Below, piece after piece: positions 44,979 through 53,517 of a stretch of 64,000 nt of DNA (positions within the stretch are counted from its first letter, which is position 1; each line of letters opens with the position of its first letter). The notes beneath the pieces are model-generated. The model was given only the letters and a program-made list of their open reading frames with translations. It did no database searches and was not told the DNA's origin. The DNA is taken from the NCBI GenBank assembly GCA_038230375.1, contig JBBRNJ010000006.1:32001-96000 (forward strand). The letters are read 5' to 3'. The translations under genes and the position numbers were made by a program. This DNA comes from Polyangiales bacterium (GTDB lineage Bacteria; Myxococcota_A; Polyangia; Polyangiales; Polyangiaceae).

Positions 44979-45818
44979 TCACTTTCCCGCGTCAGTTGCC
45001 GTGCTCGCGGCGTTCGATCCGAGCGCCATCTGGATCAGCGTGTCAGTCGGGACCGCGATCAGCTCGGCGCTCGTCTTCCCCGACGTCTTCGCTGCGCGGT
45101 CGACGAGGTATGTCCCCACCTTGTAGCCGAGCCAGCGGCGACCGTCGGGGTGCTTCGTGAACCACGGGGCGCGCGGCGCGTCGTTCGGCATCGCGAGGAG
45201 CTCCTGGGTCCACGCGGACACGTCCGGCGGGTACTGACTCCAGAGCGGTACGGGGCCGCCAGCGTAGTCCCGCTCGATCGCGGTCGCGAGTCCCTCCTGC
45301 ATCAGATGATAGCGGAGCTGACCGCCGAACCCGTCGGCACGGCTCCGCGCGATGTGCGCGAGCTCGTGGAAGAGCGCCTGACGAAGATAGGAGCGGACGA
45401 TCGCTTCGACCCCTTCTGGGCGGCTCGCATCGACGGACCAGTTGACGATGTCCGGGAGAGAGTTGCTCCCTCCCTCACCAGTCTCGGAGACCACCTGCTT
45501 GCCGTCGACGCTCGTGACCCGTAGATCGAGGCTCTTCGGCAGATCGGGAAGGACGCGGCGAACGTCGGGGAATGCGCGCGTGGCGACCTCCTCGATCACA
45601 CGACGTTCGTCGGTCGTGAACGTATGCGGGCCCGTGGAGTCATATTCGAACGTGAGCGTCTCGCCGCTGGGAAGTGAGAGGGTGACGGGCGCACGCGCAG
45701 CAGCATCCGCGCGCATCAAGACGACAAGCCCGACGATGCCGCCGCAAAAGCTCACCGCAGACGCGAGGATCAGCCATGTCGAGGCACGCGCATTCGCTCG
45801 GCTCAACCCCACGCACAC
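44979..45818 (-). CDS. DUF2268-like predicted Zn-dependent protease
   Basis: LFHELAH...EGLATA and RWLGYKVG motifs; N-terminal anchor. Confidence 0.7.
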   Translation of the reverse strand: MCVGLSRANARASTWLILASAVSFCGGIVGLVVLMRADAAARAPVTLSLPSGETLTFEYDSTGPHTFTTDERRVIEEVATRAFPDVRRVLPDLPKSLDLRVTSVDGKQVVSETGEGGSNSLPDIVNWSVDASRPEGVEAIVRSYLRQALFHELAHIARSRADGFGGQLRYHLMQEGLATAIERDYAGGPVPLWSQYPPDVSAWTQELLAMPNDAPRAPWFTKHPDGRRWLGYKVGTYLVDRAAKTSGKTSAELIAVPTDTLIQMALGSNAASTATDAGK

Positions 45819-45876
45819 GCCTGCCGGAACTCGTATGCGAAGTGCTCCCGATCCGATGGAACCAGCAAGTGGACCT

Positions 45877-47619
45877 TCACTCCCAGGGCTGCGGGGTGAT
45901 GCCTGCCTTGCGCAGCTCCTTCACCTCGATCATGCGCGAGATTCCCTGCTTGAAGTGATCTGCATGCGTCTGCTTCTCGACCTCGGTCTTGGCGTAGCTC
46001 ACCGCGTCGTCGTAGCTCGCGGAGTGGACCATGGTGGTCTCCACGAAGAGCGGCGTTCCGTCCGGGATGCCGTCCTTCGCTGAATGCCAGCCCGCGAACG
46101 CGTGGCCGGGGATTCGTACGATGATCGGCTCCAGGCCGATGGCCTCCATCAACGTGGCGAACAGGATCGCGCCTTCGAGGCACTGCGCATTCTTGGACGT
46201 GAGCACGTCCGACGGAAGGCGCGTGCGCTGCGCGAACCCCATCTCGCTCGCGGCCTCCGGATCCATGACGTAGGAGACACCGCGCGCCTTCAGCTCGTCG
46301 AAGATGGCCTCCACCTGCGGCAACGTGGCCGTCTGCGGGCCCGCGAACGTGGCCTTCGGCGCGCGCTTCTTCGCCGCTGTCAGGAACTCGTCCACGGCCT
46401 TGGCGTTGGGCGTGACCCACGCGCCGATGTAAGCGTCAACGGGCTTCGTTGCGTCCTCGTCCACGCGCGTGGCGAGCAAGAGAGAGTCGCGCGGAAGGAT
46501 CTTCACCTCGTGCGACACATCGCGGATGGTCTTCTCGCCCTTCGGATCGAGCTCGACGACCTTGATGTTGAGCTGTGACGGCGTGTCGCTGCGCTGGGCG
46601 CTGACGTTGAAGCCGCTCTTCAGCGGCGGGATGATCTGGACGACCTCGTTGCCGCCCTTCAGGACCGTGATGTTGGTCTTGAAGCGCTCCGTCACGCCGA
46701 CGACCTCGCCCTCGACGCGGAACTGCCGGTCGGTCGCGCCGATGTTGTAGACCCAGACCTGCGCGGGCACACCGGCCATCTTGGCCTTGCCGTACAGGTG
46801 ATAGACGCCCAGCGGGATCTCGTGCTGGTGGAACTCGTCGATGACGACCTTCGCGGTCCTTGCCTCGACCATCTCCTTCTTGATCATGTCCGTCCACTTC
46901 GCGTCCGCACCCATGCGGGTCGCCGTGTCCAGCGTGTTCTGCGCCTGCGGGAGCTGCCCGAGGTGCATCTGGGAGTCGGCGATCTCCACGTCCGCGTTCG
47001 CCTCCAGCATCTTCTCGGTCGCCGCAGGCATGCCGTACGTCTTCGCGACGCGGATGGATTCGCCCATGCCCTTCTGGCAGTCAGCCCACTTCATCTGGTT
47101 GCAGGTGATCTGCGTTTTCACGTAGAGCAGCTCCGCGTCCTTGGGGTTCGCGGGGAGCAGGACGTCGAGATCCTTCAGCGCCTTGTCGTAGTTGCCCATG
47201 CCCACCTCTGCCTGCGGCAGCAGCGCGGGGTGCGCGAATTTCGGGTTGTGCGAGAGGATGCGGACGGTCGCTTGCTTCATCAGCATGTAGCGATGGTTGG
47301 TGTGCGCGCAGTCGGCCAGCGCGTAGAACGCGTCTTCTTCGGGCTGCGTCGTGACCTCGTCCGGCAGGCCTTGCACGAGGAGCTTGGTGACCTTGGCGCA
47401 GTCGCGCGTCGGACCCTTCTTGTATTCGGCGACTCCGTCGGCGACGGCCTGCTTTGCTTCCGCCTCCGTCATCTTCTTCTGCGGCGGGCCGTGTGGCATC
47501 TCCTTGCCGGTCGACGGTGCCTGCGACTTGCTGCACGGACCGAAGCCGGTGAGCGCGAGGAACGAGACGGCTGTGATGAACGCAAGGCTACGGCGAGGGC
47601 CGCGAGGAGACTTCGACAT
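45877..47619 (-). CDS. Exported TPR-repeat protein with C-terminal transglutaminase/papain-like domain
   Basis: Signal peptide and TPR-like helices; QRTRLP..AQCLEGAILFA...PGHAFAGW...VETT (Cys-His). Confidence 0.7.
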   Translation of the reverse strand: MSKSPRGPRRSLAFITAVSFLALTGFGPCSKSQAPSTGKEMPHGPPQKKMTEAEAKQAVADGVAEYKKGPTRDCAKVTKLLVQGLPDEVTTQPEEDAFYALADCAHTNHRYMLMKQATVRILSHNPKFAHPALLPQAEVGMGNYDKALKDLDVLLPANPKDAELLYVKTQITCNQMKWADCQKGMGESIRVAKTYGMPAATEKMLEANADVEIADSQMHLGQLPQAQNTLDTATRMGADAKWTDMIKKEMVEARTAKVVIDEFHQHEIPLGVYHLYGKAKMAGVPAQVWVYNIGATDRQFRVEGEVVGVTERFKTNITVLKGGNEVVQIIPPLKSGFNVSAQRSDTPSQLNIKVVELDPKGEKTIRDVSHEVKILPRDSLLLATRVDEDATKPVDAYIGAWVTPNAKAVDEFLTAAKKRAPKATFAGPQTATLPQVEAIFDELKARGVSYVMDPEAASEMGFAQRTRLPSDVLTSKNAQCLEGAILFATLMEAIGLEPIIVRIPGHAFAGWHSAKDGIPDGTPLFVETTMVHSASYDDAVSYAKTEVEKQTHADHFKQGISRMIEVKELRKAGITPQPWE

Positions 47620-47687
47620 GTTGGGCCAAAGTCGACCTCAGCCGCAGCAGGAGATCAAGTTCCTTCGACCTGGTATGCTCAGCCTGC

Positions 47688-48194
47688 ATGAACGTCGCTC
47701 GCACCTCCGTTGGTCTCGTATGCTCCTTTGCGCTGATCTCGCTGGTGATCGCCTGCTCGAGCAGCTCCACGACCCACACCGGCGCCACGGGCGACGGCGG
47801 CGCAGCAGGTGAAGGCGGCAGCGGTGATGACGGTGGTGGCGGGGGCAGCACCTGTACTGTCGCTGCAGGTACATACACGTTGCACAGCACGGCGAAGGAC
47901 CTGTCGGACGGCGGCTTCGGTTGCAGCGCACCTCCGGACATCACGGTCACCTATCCCGTCGCGCCGAGCGATGCCGGGTTGCAGGGAAATTGCACCATCA
48001 AGAGCGATTCCGCCACGTGCACGACGACCGTCACCTGCTCCTCTACCCAGGGCTCGGTCATGTCGTCGACCAACGTCGTCAAGACGATCAACTCGGATGG
48101 GAAGGGCTACACGATCAAGGAGATCGACATCGTGATCTTGAACGGTGAGCTCTCTTCGGACTGCGAGATCACGTCGGTCGCCACGCCGCAGTAG
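47688..48194 (+). CDS. Hypothetical lipoprotein
   Basis: Lipobox VIAC, G/D linker and Cys-containing beta domain. Confidence 0.65.
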   Translation: MNVARTSVGLVCSFALISLVIACSSSSTTHTGATGDGGAAGEGGSGDDGGGGGSTCTVAAGTYTLHSTAKDLSDGGFGCSAPPDITVTYPVAPSDAGLQGNCTIKSDSATCTTTVTCSSTQGSVMSSTNVVKTINSDGKGYTIKEIDIVILNGELSSDCEITSVATPQ

Positions 48195-48202
48195 AGAGCG
48201 CG

Positions 48203-49009
48203 CTACTGGCCCATCAGCTCCAGGAACGGTCCCGCGCCCAGCAGCGATGTGCCACCGTCGATGAGTAGCGTCGTCCCCGTGACATATGCGCCCGCGGGCG
48301 ACACCAGGAACATGACCGCCTCGCACACCTCGTCGATCGTGCCGTAGCGCTGCAGCGGAACGCGCTTCTTGAAGTTTTCCTTCATGTCGCCGGGCGCGAG
48401 GCGGCTCATTCCTTCGGTGTCGTCGATGGGTCCGGGCGCCACGGTGTTCACGCGCACGCCGGTGCGCGCCCACTCGAGCGCCAGATCGCGCGTCAGCTTC
48501 TCGATGCCGGCCTTCGCCGCACCCGCATGGCACTGCAGCGGCGTGGCGACCTCCGCCTGCGTCGCTGTGATGCTGACGATCGAGCCGCCCTGCTTCGCCA
48601 GGTGCTCGAACGCTGCACGGCACGTGTTGAACGTTCCGCACAGGTCGATGTCGATGACTGTCCGGAAGCCATTCGCGCTCAGGGTCGCCGCGGGGGCCAG
48701 GAAGTTGCCGGCGGCGCTGTTCACCACGATGTCGAGGCGCCCGAATGCCTCCACGGTGCCGCGCACTGCGGCGTCGACAGCGGCGTAGTCACGCACGTCG
48801 GTCGCGAACGTCTTCGCAGTGCCGCCAGCCGCGGCGATCGCATCCGCAGTCCTGGTCAGCTTCTCCTGCGTACGACCGAGCAGCGCCACCTTCGCGCCCT
48901 GCGCGGCCAAGCGCTTCGCGATGCCGGCGCCAATGCCGCTGCCGCCGCCCGTGATGAGTGCTGCTTTTCCTGCGAGGAGGTCGCTCCGAAAGACGCTGCT
49001 GGTCGACAT
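48203..49009 (-). CDS. SDR oxidoreductase, 2,4-dienoyl-CoA reductase-like
   Basis: TGGGSGIG, AAGNFLAPA, IDIDLCGTFN, HAGAAKAG and APGPIDDTEG motifs. Confidence 0.85.
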   Translation of the reverse strand: MSTSSVFRSDLLAGKAALITGGGSGIGAGIAKRLAAQGAKVALLGRTQEKLTRTADAIAAAGGTAKTFATDVRDYAAVDAAVRGTVEAFGRLDIVVNSAAGNFLAPAATLSANGFRTVIDIDLCGTFNTCRAAFEHLAKQGGSIVSITATQAEVATPLQCHAGAAKAGIEKLTRDLALEWARTGVRVNTVAPGPIDDTEGMSRLAPGDMKENFKKRVPLQRYGTIDEVCEAVMFLVSPAGAYVTGTTLLIDGGTSLLGAGPFLELMGQ

Positions 49010-49061
49010 GATCTCGGCACCATACCCGGTTTCCTACGGCCTGGTAGAGTGGGGCCGGCGC

Positions 49062-49976
49062 ATGGACTCGCTCCACATGGGGATCGTGACGGGGTTCGCG
49101 CTGCTCGCGGGCTTGCACATAGCGGCCGGCATCTCCGGGCACGTGCTCCATGGCAAGCCGCGTGGACACTGGGTTCCGCTGGCGCTCGCGATGCTCGGGC
49201 TGCCGTTGCCGCACTTCCTTCCCGAGCACCCTTCCGGGCTCCGCTTTCTGTGTGGGCTCGGCGCTGCGATGGGGCTCCTTCGCGCCATCGACCTTGCGCG
49301 TGACAAGACGCCGCGCCCGATCCTCTTTCGCGTCCGGCACATCATGACGGCCTTCGACACGCGGCGGATGAAGAAGGGCACCGCACATCTCATGCTTCGT
49401 CGCGCCGTCCTCTCTGTCCTCGTCGGCCTCCTCATCTTGCCCGGGCTCTACGCGGTCTACGCCATCGCGCCTGCGCTCTCGGGTACGCCGGCGTTGCTCG
49501 TCCGCTGGGCGTTCGGCCTGCTCTTCGCGTATGCGAGCTCGGACCTGGTGTACGGCGGCGCGTTCGTGTTGTTCCGCGCGCTCGGCGTCGAGCTCGAGGA
49601 GCTGCATCGCGCGCCCATCCTCTCACGCACCGTGAAGGAGTTCTGGGGCGAGCGATGGAATCGCACGGTCAGCGCGTGGCTCTCGGAGCACATCCTCCGG
49701 CCCTTCGCGCGCCGCCGTCAGGCGAAGCTCGGGCTGCTCGCGTCGTTCGTGGTGAGCGCCGTGCTGCACGGCTATCTCGTGCTCGTCACGCTCGGCGACC
49801 TCACGGCGCTCCTGATGTCGGGCTACTTCCTGGTGCAGGGCGCGCTGGTGTTCGTGGAGATCCGCCTGCGCGCGACGCGGTGGAGCCGCCCCGTCGGCCA
49901 CGTGTGGACGGTCACGGTGATGGTCGCGACCTCCCCGCTCTTCGTGGAGCCCGCGCTGCGTTGCATCGGAATTTGA
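49062..49976 (+). CDS. MBOAT family (wax synthase-like) acyltransferase
   Basis: PILSRTVKEFWGERWNR and FVVSAVLH motifs; polytopic. Confidence 0.8.
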   Translation: MDSLHMGIVTGFALLAGLHIAAGISGHVLHGKPRGHWVPLALAMLGLPLPHFLPEHPSGLRFLCGLGAAMGLLRAIDLARDKTPRPILFRVRHIMTAFDTRRMKKGTAHLMLRRAVLSVLVGLLILPGLYAVYAIAPALSGTPALLVRWAFGLLFAYASSDLVYGGAFVLFRALGVELEELHRAPILSRTVKEFWGERWNRTVSAWLSEHILRPFARRRQAKLGLLASFVVSAVLHGYLVLVTLGDLTALLMSGYFLVQGALVFVEIRLRATRWSRPVGHVWTVTVMVATSPLFVEPALRCIGI

Positions 49977-49993
49977 GTGTCAGCGAAATGCAG

Positions 49994-50290
49994 CTACCGA
50001 GGAGGCCGGCCGGCGCGTTCGTCTTCTTCGGCGATGCTCGCAAGGCCCGCGAGCGCCGCCAGTGGCAGCGGATGATACGGCGGGCGCGGCGTGATGGGCA
50101 TTGCCGCGTCGCCGCCGCGCGCCGTGAGCAGCCGCGCACACAGCGCCACGCAGGATTTCCCCTGGCAGTACCCCGTGCCGAAGCCCGTGTACCGCTTGAG
50201 CGACTCGATGTCGTCGTGACCGCGCGTGATCGCTTCCTCCAGCTCGTGGAGGGTCACGTCCTCGCAGCGGCAGACGAGCGTCTTCGCCAT
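49994..50290 (-). CDS. BFD-like (2Fe-2S)-binding protein
   Basis: VCRCEDVT...KRYTGFGTGYCQGKSC...RPP. Confidence 0.85.
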   Translation of the reverse strand: MAKTLVCRCEDVTLHELEEAITRGHDDIESLKRYTGFGTGYCQGKSCVALCARLLTARGGDAAMPITPRPPYHPLPLAALAGLASIAEEDERAGRPPR

Positions 50291-50293
50291 CGG

Positions 50294-50656
50294 TCAGTTC
50301 CCCGTGTACTCGCAGCGCGCGTCGCACGTCTCGAACAGCGTGACCTGCACGAGGGACGGCAGGTTCGGCTTCAGCTTGTCCCAGATCCATTTCGCGAGGA
50401 CCTCGCTCGTGGGGTTCTCCAGGCCGGGGACCTCGTTCAGGTAGTTGTGGTCCAGCACGTCGTGGAGCGGCTGCCAGAGGTCATAGAGGTCACCGAAGTC
50501 GATGAACCAACCCGTCTCGGGGTTCACAGGCCCTGCGATCGCCAGCTCCACCTTGAAGGAGTGCCCGTGCAGGCGAAAGCACTTGTGACCGGCCGGCACC
50601 TTCGGCAGGCGGTGGGCGGACTCGAACTTGAACTCGTGGACCAGGCGGACGTTCAC
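50294..50656 (-). CDS. queD: 6-carboxy-5,6,7,8-tetrahydropterin synthase
   Basis: FESAHRLP..HKCFRLHGHSF, LDHNYLN, LENPTSE and ET motifs. Confidence 0.95.
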   Translation of the reverse strand: MNVRLVHEFKFESAHRLPKVPAGHKCFRLHGHSFKVELAIAGPVNPETGWFIDFGDLYDLWQPLHDVLDHNYLNEVPGLENPTSEVLAKWIWDKLKPNLPSLVQVTLFETCDARCEYTGN

Positions 50657-50811
50657 AGCTTCACTCCCTTGTGATCTCGGCGCTCACTATACCAGACCGG
50701 GGAAAAGGCCCAGCGTCCGGTGCCTCGACATGCGCTCAGGTGTTTGTGCTTTGCGTTGCAATGCCAACGTAGTTGGGCTACTTCGTCGAGCCCTTTCAAA
50801 GCGAACCCGCC

Positions 50812-50937
50812 ATGTACATCACTCTCTCCAAGAAGCCGCGCAAGACCAACCGCACCAAGACGAAGCGCTATCGCGCCAAGTTGAAGGCGAAGGACACGAA
50901 CCGCCGCGGACGCGTCTACCAGGTCGGCAAGAAGTAG
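50812..50937 (+). CDS. Small highly basic protein (41 aa), absent from the ORF track
   Basis: MYITLSKKPRKTNRTKTKRYRAKLKAKDTNRRGRVYQVGKK*. Mostly G/C third positions and all Lys as AAG. Confidence 0.7.
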   Translation: MYITLSKKPRKTNRTKTKRYRAKLKAKDTNRRGRVYQVGKK

Positions 50938-50971
50938 AGACTGCTACGCTCGGCCGAAGGAGGCCTGGCGA

Positions 50972-51589
50972 ATGAGCGGCTCGATCTCTTGTACACACTG
51001 CGGCGGACCACTTCCTGCTTCGGCAGCGGATGTGGCCGTCGCTTGTCCGTTTTGTGGGTTCGTCTCTTCACCTGCGCCGAAGGTGATCGAGAAGATCGTC
51101 GAGCGCGTTCGCCCTCACATCATCGTCCAGGACGAGTCGGGCAAGACCACGGAGCTCTTCTGCCTGCGCTGCGCCTACAAGATGCGCGTTGGGCACTTCA
51201 AGGACATCGAGCTCCAGCTCTGTGAAGGATGCGGCGGCGTGTTCCTCACGAAGGACGTCGTCGATCGCCTCGCGCAGCACCCCGACACGGAGTTCCGTCA
51301 GTGGGTGATTCGCATGGAGATGCCAGCAATGGGCCGCCCCGGCCGCGGGCCCGTCGACTGCCCGATGTGCAAGGCCCGCATGGAGGTCGTGGGCATGCCC
51401 GGCACCGTCCACAACGTCGACATCTGCCGCACCCACGGCACCTGGTTCGACCGCACCGAGCTAGCCGCCTACATCGAAGCGCAAGACACCGCGCAGGAAG
51501 CCGCAAAGCCTCCAGTGACGGACGACGACCTGCAAGCGGCAGGAGTCGGCGGCGGCTTCTTCAGCAGCCTGGGCCGCCTCTTTCGCTAG
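50972..51589 (+). CDS. zf-TFIIB-type zinc-ribbon protein
   Basis: Multiple CxxC pairs; CEGCGGVFL and CRTHGTWFDRTEL. Confidence 0.8.
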   Translation: MSGSISCTHCGGPLPASAADVAVACPFCGFVSSPAPKVIEKIVERVRPHIIVQDESGKTTELFCLRCAYKMRVGHFKDIELQLCEGCGGVFLTKDVVDRLAQHPDTEFRQWVIRMEMPAMGRPGRGPVDCPMCKARMEVVGMPGTVHNVDICRTHGTWFDRTELAAYIEAQDTAQEAAKPPVTDDDLQAAGVGGGFFSSLGRLFR

Positions 51590-51626
51590 TTCGAGGTCCA
51601 GGTCGATGGCCAAGGCGATGGACATG

Positions 51627-51657
51627 AAAAAGGCCCGCGGCGTTTGCCTGCGGGCCT
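51627..51657 (-). terminator. Rho-independent terminator after mglA
   Basis: Minus strand AGGCCCGCAGGC-AAAC-GCCGCGGGCC followed by TTTTT. Confidence 0.8.
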
Positions 51658-51681
51658 CTGGTTCGTCAAACGCGAGAAACG

Positions 51682-52269
51682 CTACGAGCCCTTCTTCAGC
51701 TCGGTGAGGACCAGCTTGGCGACGGCCTTCAGCGTGTCGAACACGCCCACGCCCGTTCGCGCTACGGCCTCGAAGTCAGGGACGTTCGTCGGGTTGATCA
51801 TCTGGCGCAGCTCTTCGAGCGACGCCACGTTCGGCAGGTCCCGCTTGTTGTACTGGACGACGTACGGGAGCTTGTCGAGCGAGTAGCCCTGCTCCGCAAG
51901 GTTGGTGCGAAGGTTCTCGACGGACTCGAGGTTCGCCTCCGTACGCTCGATCTGCGAGTCAGCGACGAAGATGACGCCGTCGACGCCCTTGAGAATGAGC
52001 TTGCGGCTCGCGTCGTAGAAGACCTGACCGGGGACCGTGTAGAGGTGGAAGCGCGTCTTGAAGCCGCGGATCTCCCCGAGCGAGAGCGGGAGGAAGTCGA
52101 AGAACAGCGTGCGCTCGGTCTCCGTCGCGAGGCTGATCATCTTGCCCTTCGCTTCAGGATTCGTGCGCTCGTAGATGTACTGAAGATTGGTCGTCTTCCC
52201 GCAGAGACCAGGGCCGTAATAGACCAACTTGCAGTTGATCTCTCGCGCCATGTAGTTGATGAAACTCAT
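51682..52269 (-). CDS. mglA: Gliding-motility small GTPase MglA
   Basis: [43 protein letters not shown] and NKRD. Confidence 0.97.
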   Translation of the reverse strand: MSFINYMAREINCKLVYYGPGLCGKTTNLQYIYERTNPEAKGKMISLATETERTLFFDFLPLSLGEIRGFKTRFHLYTVPGQVFYDASRKLILKGVDGVIFVADSQIERTEANLESVENLRTNLAEQGYSLDKLPYVVQYNKRDLPNVASLEELRQMINPTNVPDFEAVARTGVGVFDTLKAVAKLVLTELKKGS

Positions 52270-52323
52270 CGTCCGGTTCTCTCTGCGTTCTCTTGAGCTT
52301 TCGGCGGCACGTTCTGCTCTATG

Positions 52324-52365
52324 TCAGTCATGAAGCGTCAGTCATGAAGCATCAGTCATGAAGCG
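52324..52365. repeat. 14-bp tandem repeat x3 (TCAGTCATGAAGCR)
   Basis: Units start at 52324, 52338 and 52352, directly abutting the mglB stop codon. Confidence 0.9.
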
Positions 52366-52848
52366 TCAGTCGTTGAAGAGGTTGTCGATGTCTTCGTCGG
52401 TGATCTCGGCGAAGGGAGAGTCCGCACCTGGCTCCTGCACCTTCTTGAGCAGGGACTCGAAGATGTGGTTGAGCTCCTCACTCGCCTTCTTCACGCGAAG
52501 ACGAACGAGCCCAAGGCTGGACCTCGAATCGAAGATCACGACGAGGATGACGCGGTTGCCAACCAGCTGAATGTGGATGTTGGCCTTCTCACCCTCGTGG
52601 AATTGCGTGGCGAACTCATTCTCCTTGAGGAGCTTCGCCATGCCGCCTGTCGCCGCGATGTTGCCAGCCGTCAGGGACGCCAGGCTTGTCGTGTCGATGT
52701 TGTCGATGTCACCGCTTGCGGCGATGAGCTGCCCATTTTTGTCGACGATGAAGACGACCTTGGCGTTCGCATCACGAACCAAACGGTCTACGACCGCCTG
52801 GATCTGATTGAACTCCTCCTCGTACATCACCATCTGGGGATTGATCAT
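52366..52848 (-). CDS. mglB: MglB roadblock/LC7 GTPase-activating protein
   Basis: VMYEEEF, VDKNGQLIA, TSLASLTAGNIAATGG, SSLGLVRLR and PFAEITDEDIDNLF. Confidence 0.97.
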   Translation of the reverse strand: MINPQMVMYEEEFNQIQAVVDRLVRDANAKVVFIVDKNGQLIAASGDIDNIDTTSLASLTAGNIAATGGMAKLLKENEFATQFHEGEKANIHIQLVGNRVILVVIFDSRSSLGLVRLRVKKASEELNHIFESLLKKVQEPGADSPFAEITDEDIDNLFND

Positions 52849-52944
52849 CCGCGCCCTCCGGCAACCCTCACTCAAGCTACCCGTCGTAACTACACGACTG
52901 TTCTATCCGAGAACGTTCCTCTTCAGCAAGGGTCCGGCGAACAT

Positions 52945-53517
52945 TTAGCGCGGGCCTGGCGAAACGGGCGTTGAACGGAAGGTGTAGGTGACGTGGACCG
53001 GCGCCCCGTCGAATGGGGCCACATGGGCCTGTTTCACGGTCGCGGCGATGCATGCAAACACTTCTTCCGCGCGATCCGCCGCGTCTGCGGGGGCCGGAAT
53101 CGGGTTCTGTGTCACGTCTGCGGCAGAGCCGTCGGGATTCACTTGCCAGGTCGCCTGCACACTCTGTGGGCCTGTCTTGAAGCAGGCCCTGGCGTCCGCG
53201 AGGACAGACCCGATGCTGAAGGCCACATCGTGCCGTGAGGGCTTCGCCACGGCTGGCGTGACCGTGAGGTCTTCGTCGTTGTCGAGGATGTTCGTGGCTC
53301 GCTTCGACTCGGTAGGGAGCGTCTTCATGGGCACGAGGCCCGTCTCCTGGTCTTGCCGGTGCCTGTCGCGCATCAGGTTGATGAAGAAGAGGGTGGGCAT
53401 CAACACGGAGAGCACGACCAGCGCGATGAAGCCGTTGCGCCGACTCTGCTGCCGCTCGACCACCACCTCTTCCGGCGTGGGAGGCCTGGGCCTCTTCTTT
53501 CGCGGCGGGTCGGTCAT
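52945..53517 (-). CDS. Single-TM hypothetical protein with TonB-C/AgmX-like C-terminal domain
   Basis: TM segment, ARACF..VNPDG..ACIA..APFDGAPVHVTYTF. Start overlaps the M20 stop. Confidence 0.55.
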   Translation of the reverse strand: MTDPPRKKRPRPPTPEEVVVERQQSRRNGFIALVVLSVLMPTLFFINLMRDRHRQDQETGLVPMKTLPTESKRATNILDNDEDLTVTPAVAKPSRHDVAFSIGSVLADARACFKTGPQSVQATWQVNPDGSAADVTQNPIPAPADAADRAEEVFACIAATVKQAHVAPFDGAPVHVTYTFRSTPVSPGPR

